This document shows, one piece after another, positions 45,353-54,998 of a DNA stretch of 64,000 nt (positions are counted from its first letter, which is position 1; each line of letters begins with the position of its first letter). Source of the stretch: Gemmatimonadales bacterium (GTDB lineage Bacteria > Gemmatimonadota > Gemmatimonadetes > Gemmatimonadales > GWC2-71-9); the NCBI GenBank assembly GCA_046596135.1, contig JBKJMX010000083.1:180-64179 (forward strand), given 5' to 3'. The notes under the pieces were generated by a model. That model had not been told where the DNA came from and did not search any database. It worked only from the letters and a program-made list of their open reading frames with translations. Both the position numbers and the translations under genes were made by a program.

Positions 45353-47635
45353 GTGAGCGCACCGGCCCGCCTGACCGCCGCACTCGGCGACCGTTACACT
45401 CTCGTCCGTGAACTCGGCCAGGGCGGCATGGCCACGGTGTATCTCGCGCATGACATCAAGCATGGCCGCAATGTCGCGATCAAGGTCATGCGACCCGAGG
45501 TGAGCGCCGCAGTCGCCACCGATCGGTTTCTTCTTGAGATCCAGACCACCGCACGGCTCCAGCACCCGCACATCGTCCCCGTTTTCGACTCGGGAAGCGC
45601 TGATGGCCAGCACTACTTCGTGATGCCGGTCATCGAGGGTGAATCGCTTCGTGCGCGCATGGATCGCGAGGGCCCGCTCGCGGTGGACGAGGCCATCCGA
45701 TCGATCTCTGAGGTGGCAGGTGCGCTCGAGTATGCGCACAGCCAGGGGATCCTTCATCGTGATCTCAAGCCCGAAAACATTCTGCTGAGTCGTGGGCACG
45801 CCCTGCTGGCAGACTTTGGCATCGCGCGTGGGGTGGGGAAGCCGGAGGTGGAGCGGCTGACGCAGATGGGAATGTCGCTCGGGACACCCGCGTACATGAG
45901 TCCTGAACAGGCCACCGGTGAACGTGAACTCACGGCCGCCTCCGACGTGTACGGGCTGGCTTCCATCCTCTTTGAGTTGCTCACTGGGGAAGTCCCGTTC
46001 AGCGGGGCGACATATGAGGCGATTCTCGTCAAGCGCTTCACGCAGGAGGCACCTCGCGCCCGGGCCAAGCGCGCCGAGACCCCACCGGCCTGTGACGCTG
46101 CCATTGCGAAGGCTCTCGCCCGCGACCCGGCGCATCGCTTCAGGACCGCACAAGAGTTCGCCGCAGCGCTCGGCGTGCGTGGTGAAGCCGCGCTGGCCGA
46201 TGAGATGTCGATCGCGGTGTTGCCATTCGCCAATCTCAGCACCGATTCGGAGAACGGTTATTTCGCCGACGGGCTGACGGAGGAGACGATTGGGATGCTC
46301 TCCAAGGTGGGCGCCCTTCGGGTGGTGTCACGCACTACCGTGATGCAGTACCGGACTCGAAGCGGATCATTGCGTGAGATCGGCCGGGAAATTGGCGTGA
46401 CCCACCTTGTCGAAGGCAGCGTGCGCAAGGGAGGTGAACGCATCCGGGTGTCGGTGTCGCTGATTGATCCCGAGCGAGATGCTACGCTATGGACAGATCG
46501 CTTCGACGGCACCCTCGACGACATCTTCGACATGCAGGACCGCACTGCAGCAGCCATAGTTGCGGCGCTTGAGCTCACGCTGTCAGGCGACGAGCGGCGG
46601 CGAATTGCCGAGCGACCGATCGAGAACGCCGCCGCGTACGATGCCTATCTTCGGGCGCGCGAAGGACTGCTGTCATTTACCCCGACAGGATTGAATCAAG
46701 CCTTCCAGCATCTTGAAGAGGCTGCCAGGCTGGATCCCGAGAACATCTTCGTACTTCGGGGATTGGCCAAGGCTCACTGGTCCGCGATCAACGCTGGCGT
46801 AAGCAGCGACCGGACCAACTTGGCCAAGGCACTGGAGTATGCCGACCGAATCGAAGCGCTCGCGCCCGACAACCCGTATGTTGCGGAAATCCGCGGGCTG
46901 GTGGCGTTGCTGAGTCAGCAGTACCGAGAAGGACTGGAGCAGCTATCGATCGCGTATGAGGCGATGCCTGACGACCTCGAAATCGGATTCTGGTATGGCG
47001 CCATGCTGGTCTACTGCGGCATCATCGAGCTGGGTTGGGCAATCATTGAGGACGTCCTGCGTCGGGAACCCGGTCATCAGGCTGCTCCGATGATGCAGAT
47101 TATTGCAGAATACATGGGTGGTCATCCCGAGCGAGCTCTCGCGCGTCTGGAAGACGGACCTGGACACGCGCCGCCAACCTTCTGGTACCTCTGTCAGGCG
47201 CTCGCGGCGCTTGCGGTGGGCGACCATCCTCGCGCCCTCGAGGCACTTGCACACCACGAAGGTCACCCGCCGGACTTTTCATCGATGCTTGGCGAGTTCT
47301 TCACACGGGGAATCCGGCGCGACGCTGGTGCCGCCGCGGCCCTGACACCGGAGTTACTCGAGGCATGCTGGAACGACGGGTCATACGCCGAGATGGTCGC
47401 CGAGGGGTTTGCCCTGATCGGCGATATCGAGCAGGCTGCAAAGTGGCTTGACCATGCGGTGGAGATCGGCTTTGGCCTTTACGATGGCCTAACCAAATAC
47501 AACGCCTTGTGGCGGCCGCTGTTGTCGCACCCGACGTTGGCGCCGGTCTTTGAACGATTGCGAATTGTATCCGATGCATATCAGGCCACTCCGATCGGCC
47601 CGAAGGCCGCAGCCCGGTTGAAGGAGCTCGGATGA
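45353..47635 (+). CDS. Ser/Thr protein kinase K2: Hanks kinase + TolB-N/COG5616-like module + TPR region; no TM segment
   Basis: GQGGMATVY, VAIKVM, HRDLKPENI, DFG and SPEQ motifs, then IAVLPFANLSTDSENGYFADGLTEE and TPR-like helices. GTG start. Confidence 0.9.
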   Translation: MSAPARLTAALGDRYTLVRELGQGGMATVYLAHDIKHGRNVAIKVMRPEVSAAVATDRFLLEIQTTARLQHPHIVPVFDSGSADGQHYFVMPVIEGESLRARMDREGPLAVDEAIRSISEVAGALEYAHSQGILHRDLKPENILLSRGHALLADFGIARGVGKPEVERLTQMGMSLGTPAYMSPEQATGERELTAASDVYGLASILFELLTGEVPFSGATYEAILVKRFTQEAPRARAKRAETPPACDAAIAKALARDPAHRFRTAQEFAAALGVRGEAALADEMSIAVLPFANLSTDSENGYFADGLTEETIGMLSKVGALRVVSRTTVMQYRTRSGSLREIGREIGVTHLVEGSVRKGGERIRVSVSLIDPERDATLWTDRFDGTLDDIFDMQDRTAAAIVAALELTLSGDERRRIAERPIENAAAYDAYLRAREGLLSFTPTGLNQAFQHLEEAARLDPENIFVLRGLAKAHWSAINAGVSSDRTNLAKALEYADRIEALAPDNPYVAEIRGLVALLSQQYREGLEQLSIAYEAMPDDLEIGFWYGAMLVYCGIIELGWAIIEDVLRREPGHQAAPMMQIIAEYMGGHPERALARLEDGPGHAPPTFWYLCQALAALAVGDHPRALEALAHHEGHPPDFSSMLGEFFTRGIRRDAGAAAALTPELLEACWNDGSYAEMVAEGFALIGDIEQAAKWLDHAVEIGFGLYDGLTKYNALWRPLLSHPTLAPVFERLRIVSDAYQATPIGPKAAARLKELG

Positions 47636-50247
47636 CAATGGATCGCCTCACCACCGCACTCGCCGACCGCTACCGCATAGAGCGCGAACTCGGCGAGGGT
47701 GGCATGGCCACCGTGTACCTGGCGCGCGACCTCAAGCACGATCGCGACGTTGCCGTCAAGGTCCTGCACCCGGATCTCGGAGCTGCCCTCGGTGGCGGTC
47801 GCTTCCTCGCCGAGATCCGTACCACCGCCCGGCTCCAGCACCCGCACATCCTCCCGCTGCTCGACAGCGGCGAGGCCGATGGCCTTCTCTACTATGTGAT
47901 GCCACTTGTCACCGGCGAGACGCTCCGGGCACGTCTCGAACGCGAGCGGCAACTGCCGATCGACGACGTCATCTCCATCGCGCGGGAGGTGGCCGACGCA
48001 CTGGGCTACGCCCACGGCCAACACGTCATTCACCGCGATATAAAGCCGGAGAACATCCTACTGCAGGACGGACACGCGTTGGTCGCCGACTTCGGCATCG
48101 CGCTCGCGGTGCAGAGCGCGGGCGGGCAACGGATGACGCAGACCGGCTTGTCACTCGGCACACCGCAGTACATGTCACCCGAACAGGCAATGGGTGAACG
48201 CGCCATCGACGCGCGGAGCGACATCTATGCCCTGGGGGCAGTCACCTACGAGATGCTCGCCGGCGATCCGCCGTTCACCGGCTCGAGCGTGCAGGCGATC
48301 GTGGCCAAGGTGATGACCGAGCGGCCGACGCCCATTCACACCGTGCGCGACACGGTGCCGCATCACGTGGAAGCCGCAGTGCTCATGGCCTTGGCGAAGT
48401 TGCCCGCCGACCGCTTCGTCACCGCGGCAGCGTTCGCCTCGGCCCTGACGGCCGGCACGGGATCCACGATGACCCGCGCAGCATCGTACCGGAGTGCTCG
48501 GCCCCGCCCTGCGTGGTGGCTGGCAGGAGCTGTCGCGGCCGCGGCGTTGGCGTTCTTCCTCGGGCGCCAGCTGTCGGGCGGCCGTGGCGAATCGTTCGCC
48601 ACCTTCGGTCGATCCAGCCCGGTGACATGGGAGCAGGGGCTGGAACTGACGCCGGCGCTTTCTCCCGACGGCAAGCAGATCGCCTACTCCGCTGGCAACG
48701 GAACTGCCAGCAAGATCTATGTGCGTCCGATCGCCGATGGGCGACCCGTGCCACTGACCACTGACAGCGTTGCCGTTGAACTCTTCCCACGGTGGTCGCG
48801 CGACGGAACGCGGGTCCTCTACATCAAGGATGGCTTGGTTTTCTCGGCGCCTGCGGGTGGCGGGCCACCGCGCCAGGAAGTGCCCGCCCGCGGCAGTCCG
48901 GTCCAATCGGCGACCTGGTCACCGGATAATAGCCAAATCGCGTATGTCGTCGGCGACACACTTTTCCTGCATGGGGCGGACGGCACCAGTCGTTCTCTCG
49001 CCATCGAAGAGCAGCTGACGCTCTGTACATGGGGCCCACGTGACCTGATCGCATGTTCGGCTGGGAACTCGCTGTACCTGATGCCTGGCATCGGCTTCGG
49101 CAACATCGCGCCGAGCTGGATCACCGTGTTCCGGGTCGACGACGGTGCGATCGTGACGTTGACCGACAGCAGCTCGAACAACCAGTCGCCGCAGTGGTCG
49201 CGGGATGGTCGCCATCTGTTGTTCCTGTCAAACCAGTTTGGCGTCGCCGACCTCTATGCGCTCCCGATTGCGGACGACGGGACCAAGCGCGGGGCCGCGG
49301 AGCGGCTGACCGTGGGTCTCAACATCTCCACCTTCTCACTGTCCGCAGACGACAGTCAATTGGCGTACGCCGTCATGACGACCTCGGCCAACGTCTGGTC
49401 GGAGCCTTGGACCGGGCTGCACCAGCCGCCCAGCAGGCCGAGCCCGCGGCAGGTGACGTTCGGGCAACAGACCGTCGAAGGTTTCACGCTCTCGGCGGAC
49501 GGACGATGGCTGTTCTACGACTCGGATCTTGCGGGCAATTCGGACATCTATAAAATGTCCATTTCGACCGGTGTACCAGAGCGACTGACAACCGACCCGA
49601 CTCCCGAGTTTTCACCGTATCCATCGCCGGATGGGCGGTCAGTCGTCTTCCATTCGTTTCGAGGTGATTCCCGCGACATTTACCTGCTGCCCTTGGACGG
49701 CGGTGCGCTCGAGAAGCTCACCAACACACCAGCTCAGGAGTTACAGCCGAGGTGGTCGCCCGATGGGAAGTCGATCGCGTACTTCATGCTGAGTGGCCCG
49801 CCGGCAATCCGGATCGCCACGCGCGGTGCAGGGGGAGCGTGGGAAACCCGAGAGCGTCTCGCCGCTGGCTATTGGCCGGCTTGGTCGCCCGATGGCCGCT
49901 TCCTCACTTTTACGTCCGACTTGCTGGGCGGCAAACTGAGCGTCGTGCCAGTCGACGGTGGCGAGCCCCGGGCCTTGTATGATGTGAGTCAGACCGGGGC
50001 CCCAGTCGCGGAGACTTCGGTTTGGTCAGAAGACGGCCGCACCGTCTACTTCAAAAGCCACACTGCCACCGGTGTTGCGTCAATCTGGTCGGTTCCAGCT
50101 AGCGGTGGCATTCCACAGCGCATGCTCGACCTTGGTGACACTCGTGTCGGCTCCGACCGTTACGGGTTCCGGTTCGGCAACGGTCTCATCTACTACACGC
50201 TGAGCGATCGCCAGAGCAACATCTGGGTCATGGAGCTGAAGCCATGA
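47632..50247 (+). CDS. Ser/Thr protein kinase K3: Hanks kinase + TM + TolB-like PD40 beta-propeller
   Basis: GEGGMATVY, VAVKVL, HRDIKPENI and DFG motifs. TM WWLAGAVAAAALAFFLG. PD40 repeats (SPDGKQIAYS, WSPDNSQIAY, WSRDGRHLLF, SPDGRSVVF, WSPDGKSIAY, WSPDGRFLTF). ATGA overlap with K2. Confidence 0.9.
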   Translation: MTMDRLTTALADRYRIERELGEGGMATVYLARDLKHDRDVAVKVLHPDLGAALGGGRFLAEIRTTARLQHPHILPLLDSGEADGLLYYVMPLVTGETLRARLERERQLPIDDVISIAREVADALGYAHGQHVIHRDIKPENILLQDGHALVADFGIALAVQSAGGQRMTQTGLSLGTPQYMSPEQAMGERAIDARSDIYALGAVTYEMLAGDPPFTGSSVQAIVAKVMTERPTPIHTVRDTVPHHVEAAVLMALAKLPADRFVTAAAFASALTAGTGSTMTRAASYRSARPRPAWWLAGAVAAAALAFFLGRQLSGGRGESFATFGRSSPVTWEQGLELTPALSPDGKQIAYSAGNGTASKIYVRPIADGRPVPLTTDSVAVELFPRWSRDGTRVLYIKDGLVFSAPAGGGPPRQEVPARGSPVQSATWSPDNSQIAYVVGDTLFLHGADGTSRSLAIEEQLTLCTWGPRDLIACSAGNSLYLMPGIGFGNIAPSWITVFRVDDGAIVTLTDSSSNNQSPQWSRDGRHLLFLSNQFGVADLYALPIADDGTKRGAAERLTVGLNISTFSLSADDSQLAYAVMTTSANVWSEPWTGLHQPPSRPSPRQVTFGQQTVEGFTLSADGRWLFYDSDLAGNSDIYKMSISTGVPERLTTDPTPEFSPYPSPDGRSVVFHSFRGDSRDIYLLPLDGGALEKLTNTPAQELQPRWSPDGKSIAYFMLSGPPAIRIATRGAGGAWETRERLAAGYWPAWSPDGRFLTFTSDLLGGKLSVVPVDGGEPRALYDVSQTGAPVAETSVWSEDGRTVYFKSHTATGVASIWSVPASGGIPQRMLDLGDTRVGSDRYGFRFGNGLIYYTLSDRQSNIWVMELKP

Positions 50248-52604
50248 GTCTCGGAGCGCTCACCGCCGCCCTCGCCGACCGCTACACCATCGAGCGCGAG
50301 CTGGGCCAGGGCGGCATGGCCACGGTCTATCTCGCTCACGACATCAAGCACGACCGGCAGGTCGCCATCAAGGTGCTGCGGCCCGAACTTGTTGCGGCCC
50401 TCGGGGCAGCGCGTTTCCTCGCCGAAGTGAAGATCACCGCCCGACTCGACCATCCCCATATCCTGACCCTGATTGATTCCGGTGAAGTGGATGGTACCCT
50501 GTTCTATGTCATGCCGTTCGTCCGCGGCGAGTCGCTCCGTGCCAAGGTCGATCGCGACCACCAGCTCGGCATCGACGAGGCCCTCGGCATCGCCCGCCAG
50601 ATCGCCTCGGCGCTCGACCATGCCCACCGACACGGTGTGATCCATCGCGACGTCAAGCCCGAGAACATCCTGCTGCACGAGGGCGAGGCGTTCCTCACCG
50701 ACTTCGGCATCGCCCTCGCGGCGAGCGAGGCCGGTGGTGAACGCCTGACCGAGACGGGGCTCTCCCTCGGCACGCCGAGTTACATGAGCCCGGAGCAGGC
50801 CGCCGGCGATCGCAATGTCGGTGCGCGGAGCGACATCTATGCGCTTGGGGCGGTGACCTACGAGATGCTCACCGGCGAGCCTCCGGTGAGCGGTTCCACA
50901 GTCCAGGCGGTGATCGCCAAGGTGATGACCGAGCGGCCCACCGCGATGCGTATCCTGCGAGACAGCGTGCCAGTTCTGGTCGACGCCGCCGTGATGCGCG
51001 CACTCGCCAAGGCACCAATGGACCGCTTCGCCACGGCGCTTGAGTTCAGCGAGTCGCTGTTGGCGGAGCCGTCGGACGCCGCGGTCATGTCTGCACGGAC
51101 GATGTCGAAAAAATGGATCGGCGTGGCGGCCAGCCTCGTCCTGCTGGGTGCCATCGGGACGTACCTGTTCACGCATCGGAGCTCCGCCGCCGGCGGAGGT
51201 CAGGGCGTCACCATCCGCTCCATCGCCGTCCTGCCATTCGACAACTACTCGGCCGATTCCACCGAGGATTACTTCGCCGAGGGCATGACCGACGAGTTGA
51301 CGACGGACCTGGCCTCTATCAGCGCGCTGCGGGTGACGTCGCGTGGTTCCACGATGCAGTTCGCCGGCAAGGGTCGACCGTCGGCGCCGGAGATCGCCAA
51401 GGCCCTGGACGTCGATGCAATTGTGGAGGGGTCGGTGACGCGATCCGGCGACAAGGTGCGGATCACTGCCCAGCTGATCGATGCCCGCGCCGACAAGCAT
51501 ATCTGGGCGCAGAGCTTTGAACGTCGATCCAGCGATGTGTTCGCGCTCCAGGCAGAGCTGGCATCGGCAATCGCGGAGGCGATCAATGCGCAGCTCACGC
51601 CCGGCGAAAAAGCGCGGCTCGCCGCCGCACCAAGTATTGATCCCGCGGCGCACGAGGCGTATCTCAAGGGCCGGTACTTCTTCAATAGGCCGAGCGACGG
51701 AAATCTGGAGAAGGCCGTTGCACAGTTCGGGGAGGCGGTGCGGCTGAGCCCCAATTTTGCCCCTGCCTGGTCCGGGCTCTCTGATGCCTATCTCTGGGCG
51801 GCCTTCAATGATGGATTCATGGGTCCCGGCGAGGCTGGTCCCAAGGCCAGGGAGGCCGCTGAGCGCGCGGTGCAGCTCGACAGCAGCGCTGCGGAGGGCC
51901 ACACGTCGCTCGGCACCTACCTCGCGTGGTTCGCGCACGACTGGGCCGGGAGCGAGCGTGAATTGCGGCGTGCCATTGCGCTCAATCCGAACTACGCCTT
52001 CGCACACGATCAGTTTGGACTGATGCTCGGCTTTCTTGAGCGCTTTGACGAGGCGGTCTCGGAGGGGAAGCAGGCCATGGTGCTGGATCCGCTGTCGCCG
52101 GCGATCCTGATCGACGCCATGGTGCCATTCCTCTTCCAGCGCGACGTGCCATCGGCCACGGCCCTGGCGCAACGCGCCGCGGATCTCGATCCCAGTTTCT
52201 ACTTCCCCCCATTTGGCACGGCGTGGCTCAATCTCCAGCTGGGCAAGTACCGCGAGGCGGTGTCCTTGCTGGAGAAGGCACGGACCATGGGCGCGCCCTC
52301 GGTGGTCACCGGATATCTGGCGTACGCCTATGGCAAAAGCGGTGAGCCGGTCAAGGCCAGGGAGGCACTCGCGGAGCTGAAGAAGATGTCCCGAAGTGGG
52401 GACGGTGCCTCGTTCGACGTGGCACTCTTCCACCTCGGTCAGGACGACACTCCGCGCGCGCTGGACTACCTGGAGAAGGCGTTCGCGGCGAATGCCCAGT
52501 CGCTGGTCTGGCTCAAGGCTGATGCGATCTACGACCCGCTCCGCCGCGAGCCGAGATTCATCGCCCTGATGCAGCGGATGAACTTCACGACGGGCCGCCC
52601 ATGA
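50244..52604 (+). CDS. Ser/Thr protein kinase K4: Hanks kinase + TM + TolB-N/COG5616-like module + TPR
   Basis: Kinase motifs are intact (HRDVKPENI, DFG). TM WIGVAASLVLLGAIGTYLF. IAVLPFDNYSADSTEDYFAEGMTDE plus TPRs. ATGA overlap with K3. Confidence 0.9.
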   Translation: MSLGALTAALADRYTIERELGQGGMATVYLAHDIKHDRQVAIKVLRPELVAALGAARFLAEVKITARLDHPHILTLIDSGEVDGTLFYVMPFVRGESLRAKVDRDHQLGIDEALGIARQIASALDHAHRHGVIHRDVKPENILLHEGEAFLTDFGIALAASEAGGERLTETGLSLGTPSYMSPEQAAGDRNVGARSDIYALGAVTYEMLTGEPPVSGSTVQAVIAKVMTERPTAMRILRDSVPVLVDAAVMRALAKAPMDRFATALEFSESLLAEPSDAAVMSARTMSKKWIGVAASLVLLGAIGTYLFTHRSSAAGGGQGVTIRSIAVLPFDNYSADSTEDYFAEGMTDELTTDLASISALRVTSRGSTMQFAGKGRPSAPEIAKALDVDAIVEGSVTRSGDKVRITAQLIDARADKHIWAQSFERRSSDVFALQAELASAIAEAINAQLTPGEKARLAAAPSIDPAAHEAYLKGRYFFNRPSDGNLEKAVAQFGEAVRLSPNFAPAWSGLSDAYLWAAFNDGFMGPGEAGPKAREAAERAVQLDSSAAEGHTSLGTYLAWFAHDWAGSERELRRAIALNPNYAFAHDQFGLMLGFLERFDEAVSEGKQAMVLDPLSPAILIDAMVPFLFQRDVPSATALAQRAADLDPSFYFPPFGTAWLNLQLGKYREAVSLLEKARTMGAPSVVTGYLAYAYGKSGEPVKAREALAELKKMSRSGDGASFDVALFHLGQDDTPRALDYLEKAFAANAQSLVWLKADAIYDPLRREPRFIALMQRMNFTTGRP

Positions 52605-54919
52605 CCGACGCCTTGGCGCGTCTCACCGCCGCATTGGCCGACCGGTACACCCTCGAGGGTGAACTCGGCCAGGGCGGCATGGCGACGGTCTACCTCGCCC
52701 ACGACATCAAGCACGATCGCAATGTCGCCATCAAGGTGTTGCATCCCGATCTCGGCGCGGTGCTCGGTGCCGATCGCTTCCTGACCGAAATCCGTACCAC
52801 GGCGCGGCTGCAGCATCCGCACATCCTGCCACTCCTCGACAGTGGCGAAGCGGATGGCCTGCTCTACTATGTCATGCCGCTGGTGGCGGGCGAGACGCTG
52901 CGCGCCAGGATTCTCCGGGAACGACAGCTGCCGATCGAGGACGCGATACGGATCGCCTGCGAAGTGTCCGACGCCCTCGGACATGCCCATGCCCTGGGAG
53001 TCATTCATCGGGACATCAAGCCCGAGAACATCATGTTGCACGACGGGCATGCCATGCTCGCCGATTTCGGCATTGCAGTCCAGATCCAAGCGGTAACCGC
53101 CGCCCGGCTCACGCAATCAGGCGTCGTCCTGGGAACTCCGTTGTACATGAGTCCGGAGCATGCCGCGGGAGAAAGCTCGCTCGATGGTCGCTCGGACCTG
53201 TATGAACTCGCCTGCGTGCTGTACGAGGCGCTGGCGGGCGAACCGCCATTTCACGGTGCCACCGCGGAAAGCCTGGTGCGCCAGCACCTCACGATTGCGG
53301 CACCGCCGATCACCAATCTCCGGCCCGCGGTACCGGCCCACGTAGCCCGAGCCCTGGCGTGTGCACTCGCTAAAAACCCCGCTGATCGCTTTGCCGACAT
53401 CGCGTCGTTTGCCCGCGCGGTGCGCGAGGGGGATTCCAGCGCGCGGCACCGGCTCGGTCGTCCGGCAGTGATTGCACTCGCGGCCGCGGCGGTGGTCGTT
53501 GTCGGGGTCGCATTGGCGGCCACGCTGAGCCGCCGGACCGGCACCGGGGCGAACACGGGTTTCGATCCCCGCTCCATCGCCGTGCTCGCGTTCGACAACG
53601 TGAGTTCCGACTCGGGCGCCGACTATTTCAGCGACGGTCTCTCCGACGAACTGCGAACGGCCCTGCAACGATTGCCGGGCCTCTCCGTGGCGGCCCGGAG
53701 CTCGACCCTTCGATTCAAAGGGAGCCGCCTCGGCGCGCGTGCGATCGGCGAAAGCCTGCACGTGGCTACGGTGCTCGAGGGCAGCGTCCGGCGCAATGGT
53801 GCGACGCTGCGGATTACCCCCACGCTGACCAGTGTGGCAACCGGCTACGGCGTGTGGTCGGACCGGTTCGATCGGACGTTCAGCGATGTGTTTGCGCTGC
53901 AGGAGGAAGTGGCTCGTGGGATCGTGCTCAAGATCGCCCCGCAACTCCTCCCGGAGCGCGGGCAGGCCATCATGCGCCAGGGCACCGCCGACCCGGAGGC
54001 CTACGATCTCTACTTGAGGGGTCGTCATGCGCTCGGCTTTCGCAGCGGTTCCGAGTTCGAGAAGGCGGCAGCGTTCTTCCAGGAGGCCCTCACGCGCGAT
54101 CCGATGTTCGCCCGGGCACATGCCGGTCTGGCCGACGCCTACTGCATCCAGGCAAACTTCGGGTACCGGTTGTCGAAGGATGTCTGCCCGAAGTCCACGG
54201 AGGAAGCCAACCGAGCGCTTGCCCTCGACAGCACGCTGGCCGAAGCGCACGCCACACTGGGGTTTGTCCACCTCTTCTACGACTGGGATCTGGGCGCCGC
54301 GGAGCGGGAGCTCAACCGTGCGATCGCCCTCGATCCAACGTACGCCTCGGCGCATCTCTGGCTGATGCACGTGAACCGGATACGGCACGACAATGAGAAG
54401 GCGATCGCTCACATGCGCCGCGCGGTCGCCCTCGATTCGACGCCACTCATGCGGTCACGCCTTGGGGTGATACTCTCGGTGGCCGGGCGTGATGCGGAGG
54501 CCATCGCGGAGTTCGAGCGCCTGCTCCGGGCGGATTCGACCTACGGGGATGCCCAGTACCAGCTCGGCGTGGCCTACCTGACCGCCCACGACTACACCCG
54601 CGCCTTGGCGTGGAGTCGCGCCCACCACTTTCAGGACCTGGAGGCGCTGGCCTATGCAGGGTTGGGGCGTGCCAGCGAGGCGCGCGCAATCGCCACGCAA
54701 TTCGCCGCGTCACCGGACGCGCGTCGGTGGTCACTGACCCTGAGTTACATCTACTCCGCAGTGGGAGACCGCCCTGCAGCCATGAAATGGCTGGGGAAGG
54801 CCTACGATGATCGAGTCCCCGATATGGTATTCATCCGGTCGTCGTCGTTAGGCCGATTCGAAGCGCTGAAAGGTTTCGCGCCCTTCGAGGCGCTGGCGAG
54901 AAAGGTCGGTGTGCCGTGA
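52601..54919 (+). CDS. Ser/Thr protein kinase K5: Hanks kinase + TM + TolB-N/COG5616-like module + TPR
   Basis: Kinase motifs are intact (HRDIKPENI, DFG). TM AVIALAAAAVVVVGVALAATL. IAVLAFDNVSSDSGADYFSDGLSDE plus TPRs. ATGA overlap with K4. Confidence 0.9.
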   Translation: MTDALARLTAALADRYTLEGELGQGGMATVYLAHDIKHDRNVAIKVLHPDLGAVLGADRFLTEIRTTARLQHPHILPLLDSGEADGLLYYVMPLVAGETLRARILRERQLPIEDAIRIACEVSDALGHAHALGVIHRDIKPENIMLHDGHAMLADFGIAVQIQAVTAARLTQSGVVLGTPLYMSPEHAAGESSLDGRSDLYELACVLYEALAGEPPFHGATAESLVRQHLTIAAPPITNLRPAVPAHVARALACALAKNPADRFADIASFARAVREGDSSARHRLGRPAVIALAAAAVVVVGVALAATLSRRTGTGANTGFDPRSIAVLAFDNVSSDSGADYFSDGLSDELRTALQRLPGLSVAARSSTLRFKGSRLGARAIGESLHVATVLEGSVRRNGATLRITPTLTSVATGYGVWSDRFDRTFSDVFALQEEVARGIVLKIAPQLLPERGQAIMRQGTADPEAYDLYLRGRHALGFRSGSEFEKAAAFFQEALTRDPMFARAHAGLADAYCIQANFGYRLSKDVCPKSTEEANRALALDSTLAEAHATLGFVHLFYDWDLGAAERELNRAIALDPTYASAHLWLMHVNRIRHDNEKAIAHMRRAVALDSTPLMRSRLGVILSVAGRDAEAIAEFERLLRADSTYGDAQYQLGVAYLTAHDYTRALAWSRAHHFQDLEALAYAGLGRASEARAIATQFAASPDARRWSLTLSYIYSAVGDRPAAMKWLGKAYDDRVPDMVFIRSSSLGRFEALKGFAPFEALARKVGVP

Positions 54920-54939
54920 TCGCCGGACGCCGCCGCATC

Positions 54940-54951
54940 GGGGGGGGGGGG
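54940..54951. repeat. Homopolymeric G12 tract
   Basis: Counted directly: 12 consecutive G. It is flanked by the GGACGCC ... GGCGTCC inverted arms (54925-54931 and 54950-54956) and lies in the convergent spacer between K5 and the sdh-operon tail. Confidence 0.95.
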
Positions 54952-54998
54952 CGTCCCCACGACACCACGCACCACCGCCAGGCAGCGACAGGGGGCTA

